Shown piece by piece: positions 20,023 through 26,989 of a DNA stretch of 26,989 bases. Source of the DNA: Macrostomum lignano. Lineage: Eukaryota. Where the stretch lies: contig NIVC01005074.1 of the NCBI GenBank assembly GCA_002269645.1, positions 1 to 26,989 of the forward strand. Direction: 5' to 3'. The position numbers were made by a program, and so were the translations under genes. Within the stretch, counting starts at the first letter, position 1, and every line of letters begins with the position of its first letter. The notes beneath the pieces were generated by a model, which made no database searches, was not told the DNA's origin, and saw only the letters and a program-made list of their open reading frames with translations.

Positions 20023-20368
20023 TTAATGAGCCAGAGGCGGCGGGTCGGGCTCGGGGAACTCGCCAATGCTGGCCCAGTAGTAGTTGTACAGCCGGTACGG
20101 CTTGATCTCCCAGTGAATCCGGTGCTCCAGCGGGGTGAGCTGCACACCCAGATCGGCCAGTGTCGGATTGCCAGGCGTCAGGGTGTCAGTCACAAATTCT
20201 CGTTCGATCCGGTCTAGCGAGTAGGGCGGACTGACCGGCCGGACGAAATTTATCAGGCGCATTTGCAGCTTGAATGGCAGTGTTCGATTGAATTCGGTTA
20301 AGCGAATGTTGCTGGGACTGTATCTAAGCACCTGGTAGATGTAGGTGATCAGGTGGTCCAGCCGGTAC
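20023..20368 (-). CDS. NDUFA9: NADH:ubiquinone oxidoreductase 39-kDa subunit, last coding exon
   Basis: Acceptor ctgtccgtag|g, in phase with the donor at 21894. Reads YRLDHLITYIY...LDRIEREFVTD...PTLADLGVQLTPLEHR...YWASIGEFPEPDPPPLAH*, matching the NDUFA9 C-terminus. Confidence 0.9.
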
Positions 20369-20633
20369 CTACGGACAGGGGGGGGGGGGTCATGACAAGA
20401 TAACAGCTTTCTACTTTCAGATCTGTAGCAATGGATAATACATAAGCTTCTTTTATAAATAGAAGTCCAAGCTTGCAGGCGTTAAACAGCTTGCTAATTG
20501 GTTCACTGAAATGTACATGGCGGAATTAGGCTGGAACAATCGAGGAGGGGCAATAATAAAATTGGGCGGCTCGGCAGGGGTAGAGGTTCTGTGTGGAGTC
20601 TGAGGGTTTATTTAAATTGGGGGGGGGGATAAG

Positions 20634-21000
20634 GGGGGCCGTAGCCCAGCGGTAGCGCAGCTGCTCTGGTGTGCCAGCGACCCAGGCTCGATTCCAAGTA
20701 CAGTCACATTAATTCGGGGCTGAATTGGAATCTCGGCTTGGCTCTGCTCGTGCAATTAATGGCCTTGAGAGCCAACCCCCCAAGACACAGTGAAGTGTAC
20801 ATGCCTAACGATAATATAAAGCTAGGGCCGGTGTACACTCCTGTGTGAGTGTGTGCCTGCGTACGTATCCGCGCGCTTGTATGCCTGCTCAGGGGAGTCG
20901 GCGGAATGGGCAGTAATGCCTCTCGCCGGTTGTGTGTCTATGTCGCTTAAAGTGCGCCAGGGTGCACACAGCCCCCCTGCCTCTAATAAAAAAATAATAA
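20634..21000 (+). mobile_element. tRNA-derived SINE family 2, copy 2 (in the NDUFA9 intron)
   Basis: ggggccgtagcccagcggtagcg...gctcgattcc...aataaaaaaataataa. Near-identical to the reverse complement of 1378-1733. Degenerate TSD aaat(t)gggggggg(ga)taag. Confidence 0.85.
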
Positions 21001-21464
21001 ATGGGGGGGGTAAGAGCCAATAAATGAGCCTTGTGTCTTAAAAATACATTAAAATGCTTCAGTTTCAGCTTCAGCTTCAGTTTAACTTACTACTGAATTG
21101 AAAGTAGCTTACACGCAATTGTGCTGAATGGCCCATCTAGTGATTCTAGTATCTGTCTGTAGTTTTGATTAAGATGGATAATAGCCTAGCATATTAACCC
21201 TTGGTGATGACCACCTAGTTCACTGAGCTTCTTGGTCATTTCTGAGCATCTTCCGGCTGACTTCTGAGCTGCCATTGACATTCTGATTGTCTCTGCACCA
21301 GGGTTGGGAAGGCAGACCTTCAGGGAGCCTACGGTACAGATGCACTATAGCAACACGCAGTAAAACCAAAAATGCTACAGTATATACTTTAGATATACTT
21401 TATACTATACTATAGTGCATCTGTATATACTACAGTATATACTTTAGATATACTTTAGATCAGG

Positions 21465-21760
21465 AGGGGTTGTGGCTTAGTGCTTAACGAATGAAAGGTC
21501 AGGGGTTCGATTCTTGTCTTATTTGGAACAATTTGTGTCCTTGAGCAAGACACTCAACTCTGCATTGCTTCAGTTTTAAAATCACCAGCTGTATAATGGG
21601 TGCCAGCATTAGCTGGGGTAATTGAGGCAGTGTGGCGACGCCCCCCCCCCAGTCCTTGGACTGAACAGCCGTACGCAGCCTTCAGATGCGCCGCGCAATA
21701 GCTGCGGCTGAGCTGTCGGTTGCACATCTGCCCAATAGGGCAGGTGTAATTATTTTTATT
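21465..21760 (+). mobile_element. CORE-like tRNA SINE, copy 2 (in the NDUFA9 intron)
   Basis: Box B ggttcgattct, CORE-like gtgtccttgagcaagacactcaactctgcattgcttcag..ccagctgtataatgggtgccagc, and 3' agtccttggactgaacagccgtacg shared with 414-694. Confidence 0.75.
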
Positions 21761-21894
21761 TTACTTGAAAACAACTAACTCTGATAGCGAAACGACTAAC
21801 TAGATGACAAGACATTTTTCTATTGCAGTACAGTTATAGTTACTCCTGCCGTTTACCCAGTTTTTAATCAATTTTTAATCCCATCAGCACTCAC

Positions 21895-22702
21895 CTGTGC
21901 GGTCCAACAATATCAAAGGTCTTGCCCATACAGCCGGGATCTAGCAGGGCTTTCACCACGCCGTCACCAACATCGCTAGCAAACACCGGCTGCTTGACAG
22001 TGGTCCGACCTTTCTTGTACAGTGGTATGTAGGTGACGCCGCCCAGTCCGGCTACCCGACGATAAGGCCTAGCGTACAGAGTCAGAAAGTGATCCAACTG
22101 GCCAAACATATCGGCGGGTCGGAACACGATAGCCTCGGGAAATTCTTCCCTAACAGCCATTTCGCCTTTGAATTTGGTGCGCAAGAACTCGGAGCCCTCC
22201 GGCAGCACGTGACCAGCTGGATTCGGACAGGCGTTCAACGAGCTGAAGTGCAGCAGCTTCTCAACGCCGCTCTCCTTAGCTAGGCGAGCAATACGCTGAG
22301 CACCCAAGTAGTTCACATCCTCAAATGAGAAATTTCTGGTCTCATTGTTTTTGCCAATTAGATTGACAACTACGTTGGAATATTGCATCGCCTTGCGCAG
22401 GCTGGCTTCGTCCTCCAGGTGGATGGGCAAGAACAGGATCTGACCCAGGTCGCCCATCAGTTTCGGCTCCTTTACATCGTAGGGATCGCCTCGGTACGGG
22501 CAGATCACCTGGCAGCCCATTTTGCCCAGCCTATTGACAACGTATTTGCCAAAGAAGCCGGAACAGCCAAACACTGTGGCAACCATGCCGCTAAATGAGC
22601 TGCGACCGCCTTTGCCACGCTTGTAGTCTGTTAGACGGCTTGCAGAGCTGTTGCACCGATGAGGCTGGTGAAGCTGGACAGCTTGGCATTGCTGCTGCTT
22701 AC
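21895..22702 (-). CDS. NDUFA9: NADH:ubiquinone oxidoreductase 39-kDa subunit (atypical SDR fold), large internal exon
   Basis: KRGKGGRSSFSGMVATVFGCSGFFGKYVVNRLGKMGCQVICPYRG...MGDLGQILF...YSNVVVNLIG..ETRNFSFEDVN is the diagnostic NDUFA9 sequence. Acceptor ccactcag| at 22703, donor ag|gtgagt at 21894. Confidence 0.97.
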
Positions 22703-23695
22703 CTGAGTGGATGAATGTGTACAAATTGGGATACAGGTAGAGGTAGGGGCCTAGGCCAAGTCGCATACATATAAAAAAATATAAAATTATAAAAAACATA
22801 TACTAACATATTACTGCTATACTAGTATACAATTAGTATTGGTAGCATAAGCAACTACTAATACTAGTAGTACATACACACACACTGTCAGTCAACTCAA
22901 AAGATTCAGTCAATTCAGACAACCAAAGTGGCTTGGCCTTGCTTCAAACCTTTCATAACCAGCTCATGCATTTAATCTTGAACAAGCTCTTTGCTAATCC
23001 ATGAATAAATAAAATGCTTCAAGGCTTCAATAAAATGATACAATATATATTCTGTATTCTATTAGCTAAAATTTAGCTAAGTATATTGCTTCAATTTTGG
23101 GCCTATACTATATGATTCAGAGTGTGAAATCATAATCTTAATATTGTCTTGTCAGAAGTTTTTGTCTAGCACTATATTGCACCAATGCGGCACATCTTTA
23201 ACCCCCTTTAAAAGCCATTTCAAAATCGTTGCTATGTCACTCTATAGTCCAGATCAAGCTGAATACACACTCAAACAAAAAATAAATAATTACAAATGCA
23301 CACCAAAAAAAGTTGAGTTATTCTCAAATCTAGGTTGGTGTTACATCAATAAAACATATTTTTGCATGTGAAAAAATGACCTTTTTGTGTTGCATCAATG
23401 ACCCCTTTTTAGCTGATATTTTTTTATTTTCTTTGTTTTTTATCTATTACAAATACTATTTATAGCTGAAAATTGATATACAAACTTTTGTTTGACTGCT
23501 TCACTATAGACTATTGTATGCCAATTTTTTTGGTATATAATATACCTTCCACAATATGGCATACCGTACAAGCAAATTTTTTTGATAGGAATAGTTCTGG
23601 TACACGGCGCCATCAAACATTTTTGATAGGATTTGTTCTAGCGCAGGTGTGCCATGCGTTATACCTGATCAGCACACCCGCACTAGAACAAATCC

Positions 23696-24525
23696 TTCTG
23701 GTGGATTTACACTGCCATCATCCACCCCTCAATCAGTTATGCCAGCCTCATATGGGCCAGCAGCCTGAGCGTCAAGAGCAACCTTGAAACTCATTAAAAA
23801 ATCCAGGGCAGAGCCTGCTGTATCACTATGGGCACTCCACCCTCTACTCCTTTTGAAGGCATGAATGCCTTTTTCTATGCCCCTCCTCTGGATAATTATA
23901 TCAAAGGAGAGGCGGCAAAGAGCACTTGGGCATCTTCTAGATGCTGGGGTGGCCTTCAAGAAAGTGCCAGCCTTTAAGAAGTGGTCGCTTATCCTGCACT
24001 CTGACCTTTGCCTTAAGGCTCTCGAGGAGTATGGCAGGCTCAACATCCTCACAGACTCAATCCCAGCCACTCTTCTCCTGAACCAAAGGTATAAGGTCAC
24101 TATTCAGCCTTGACACAAGGCGAGTGACAGCTGGAGCAACTCTGAAATCCACTGTTACACTGACAGCTCTATGAGGCATGGTCTTTCAGGCTTTGGAGCT
24201 TGCATCTTCTTCAAGGGAAAAGTGGTGTGGAGCTACTTCCAGCACACTAGGCTCAACTCCAGTGTTTTTCAAAGCAAGGTGCTTGCCATCAGCTCCTGTG
24301 CGGCAGAGCTGCGCTAAGGGCAGCTTAGCAGTCAGAAATTTATTTTTCACTTTGACAGCCAAGCAGCCCTTTGGGCCCTCTGCTGCAGCACCACTAGCTC
24401 CAGGTCCATCCTGGACTACAACACCCAGCTCAACGGACTTGCGCTAGGCAACCAGGTTGAGCTTAGATGGATCCCGGGCCATATGGTTTTCCTTGGCAAT
24501 GAGTGTGCTGATATACTGGCTCATA
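23696..24525 (+). mobile_element. Decayed non-LTR retrotransposon fragment: RT C-terminus plus RNase H (RNase H-bearing clade such as I/R1/Tad1)
   Basis: WIYTAIIHPSISYASLIW...KIQGRACCITMG, then YTDSS...SVFQSKVLAI...FDSQAAL.AL...VELRWIPGH..FLGNECADILA, with stops and frameshifts. Confidence 0.85.
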
Positions 24526-25086
24526 CATGCCCAACCTCAAAATTTCACCCGTACAATGCAACTCAGTTTTGTCTAGATTTGCGACTTACCTATCTGCCAC
24601 CACACTGAAAGACTGGTAGCTTGTACCCTTTAGGCTACACTTTACATATTGTACTGTATGTCTGGCAAACTAACTTGTATCTGCACACTTGTGCACTCAT
24701 ATATTTATATAGGCCTTGTGTGGGCTGGTTTTTTGGATAACAAACAGAAAGCTTTAGTTTAAGGCAACCAGATAAGGCTGAAGGCAAACTGCAGCAAAAC
24801 TACCTTCAGTAAAAAAAGTACAGGCACTGGTAACTTTGACTTGTGGAAATGGTAAGTGTTGCTTTTGCTAAGCTGCTTGCAAATTATAACCTTATCCATT
24901 TCATTGGATAAAACATTTCAAAAATCAAGTTGGTAAACCTTTGTAGCTAAAGAAAGACTTGTCACTTGCATTTCAGGTCTAGCTAAGTAAGAATGAGGTA
25001 TAAGCTACAGCTTTTCTTGCAAAATTGCACTACTTGCCCTATGTTTCTACTGTGCTTCAATAAACTGTTGGACTGATCTAGACAGA

Positions 25087-25915
25087 TTGTGTACTTTTGT
25101 TATAAATGAGCTGAATACTGATAGACCCCATCTTGGCTCTCAAGAGTTTTTGGAATTTGTTGAATTAAAGCTTGTATGTTCGATAAAGCCTACATTGACA
25201 GTTCAAAAAACCAGTCATTACTTTTTCTATAGACTTTTTTGCATTGCAATGAAGGAAAAACCAAATTTTTTGTTATTGCATCAAAGGATAGAATAAATAC
25301 AGCAGACATGTACTTCACAGACTTTGCAATTGGGTATACAGGTAAAACAGGACTACTGTCTAAGGAAGCACCAGCTGGGGCATTGCAATTTTCAATTTTC
25401 AAATTTTTCAAATTGGCAAGTAAACAACTTCCAAATGACCTAAATATATTGAGGAATGATAATGGCAAAAGTCCTATGGCCCTCATGCTTCTATATCAGA
25501 AAGACTATTCAAGAAATGAAGATGCGGCAAACTACCTAAATAGCATTGCAAAGTTACCTCTAACAAAGATGCACCCATCTAATAGGTGACCTACATTTGT
25601 TGATAGAATTCCAATCAATGAGGATATTTCAACATAGAACTCACGACATGATCATTTATGCAAGAGGTATATAGAACAACCAGTGTACATTCTTTGAGTC
25701 ATATACTTCACTTAAAGATAGACTTATACCTGACTATATACTGAGTCCTGCACGTGAATGGGATGAAAAAGGCCATGAAGACTATTCTATCAACTGGTGC
25801 CCCCTTTCTGCAGCTAAAGAGCAAAAGCCATTGCTCTTTACATGATGGAAACTTGGTTGTATAACTCCTGGAGAAGTGAATGATTGTTCTGGTGTGCATT
25901 GGATTTTAGAAAATT
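25087..25915 (+). pseudogene. Disrupted coding region resembling a lamin-tail-domain (LTD)-like fold
   Basis: FVINELNTD..SQEFLEFVELK at the start and YSINWCP...KLGCITPGEVNDC at the end resemble the INE.N.D..EF.EL and S.SRC..TPG..N motifs of LTD-like domains. Several stops and frameshifts. Confidence 0.45.
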
Positions 25916-26159
25916 GACTAGCAATTTTAAGTGCAGCCCAGGGATCAGGTGATGGTGCAGCTGCAGCACATTCAAGGGAACTAGAAGCACGACCATCCAA
26001 TGTTCAGCAAGCTCACACAGAGAGAGACTGTTAATGGCAGTGCAAAATCCAGAGGTTGTTGCTTCTAATAGAGATCTAGCTGTACAGAATGCAGAAATTA
26101 AGATTCATGGTGCAGATGCAACAACCCACGCATATTGATCTTCTCAAATAAGCATGCCA

Positions 26160-26989
26160 GCATGTCAGGATGCTTGAGAAGAGCAAACCAATAATGTACT
26201 TCTATAGATTTAAGCAACTGTCTGTCACAGAAACAGGACAAAGCATATTTGATATGCTAAAAGATTTATTTACTCAAGATAATATTGCAACAATTGTTTC
26301 ACAAAGACTATGGGCATTACAACAAATAGAGCATCTGTGATAACAGGAAATCGAGTTGGACTTACAAGTTTGCTAAAACTATGGGCAAGAAACAATTACT
26401 TCCAACACCATTGTGCTGCACACAAATTGGAACTTTCTATGTATCATACCTTCGAAAATTTGCCATAAGTCATGACTATAAAGTGTAATGCTTCTCTTGC
26501 TGAAACATCAGTGGCTTTAAATGCTGTGTTTTATAACCTTAAAAAGATATACCCGATTAGATGGGTAGCATCATAAGTCTCAGCTTTAGAAGTTGTTAGA
26601 AAGTCCTACTATACTTTGGTAACTAATTTAGAAAGTATAAAGTCACCTTCCACTGGATTTATTTATGAAAGCAAAGCTATAGCAACTGGCTTTCTAAATA
26701 CTCTTCAGAATATTCGGTACTATGCTCTGCATATATTTATTTTGGATGTGCTAAATTCTTTTTAACTTCAATCTATGCAGTTTTAGAAGATACAAGCAAC
26801 TTTTATTGGCCTACAAAAATGTCACAATGACTTAATAAACTCATTGGAAATACTAAAATACTAAAAACTGAAAATGGGCCAAGCACAACAGCATTCCTAA
26901 ACTCTTGCAAGTGCCAAGTAGTGACAAGGCATACCGAGGAGACAGAGTACTGATCCCACTGCCAGACATATGACCTCTCACACTCTAAC
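26160..26989 (+). mobile_element. Decayed hAT-superfamily (ZNF862-like) transposase
   Basis: Across frames: GITTNRASVITGNRVGL (cf. TDGASVM.G), HCAAHKLEL (CxxH), IRWVAS (RW motif). In-frame stops, and the catalytic D appears replaced by N. Confidence 0.75.

Noticed and set aside
20634-20710. tRNA-like sequence (also at 1660-1731, 620-694 and 21465-21515)
   Set aside because: These are SINE heads with A/B boxes. No complete cloverleaf could be drawn, and they continue into repeat bodies.
22703-22799. N-terminal extension MFFIILYFF... of ORF 21891-22799
   Set aside because: It is AT-rich intron sequence upstream of a clear acceptor, open by chance.
24584-24620. Strong minus-strand donor ag|gtaagt as a candidate end of NDUFA9 exon 1
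   Set aside because: The phase-1 frame upstream hits a stop before any ATG and shows no presequence character.

Overview
Animal (invertebrate-like) genomic DNA, rich in tandem repeats and transposon debris. A flatworm or other lophotrochozoan origin is only a guess from sequence style. The one recognisable conserved gene is NDUFA9 (minus strand, two coding exons 21895-22702 and 20023-20368; its first exon was not found). Downstream of it on the same strand is a head-to-tail cluster of small type I membrane-protein genes: four with open frames (5526-8130 in two exons, 10849-11661, 15451-16323, 18013-18789), one frameshifted copy (exon 1 at 2849-2929, exon 2 from 1317 down) and one recent partial duplicate (2594-2811). 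The four intact members share a signal peptide (weak in gene C), one 8-cysteine domain (C..C..Y[YHF][DN]xxCxCxxC..C..Cx8C), an N-glycosylation sequon after the last Cys, a stalk, one TM helix and a low-complexity tail with no death domain. This resembles single-CRD TNF receptors (BCMA/TACI/BAFF-R, Drosophila Grindelwald). The assignment is by eye and needs a profile or structure search. Most spacers and introns carry a different minisatellite. There are also two tRNA-derived SINE families (two copies each), several inverted-repeat DNA-transposon relics, a LINE RT/RNase H fragment, and a decayed lamin-tail-like region next to a decayed hAT transposase.
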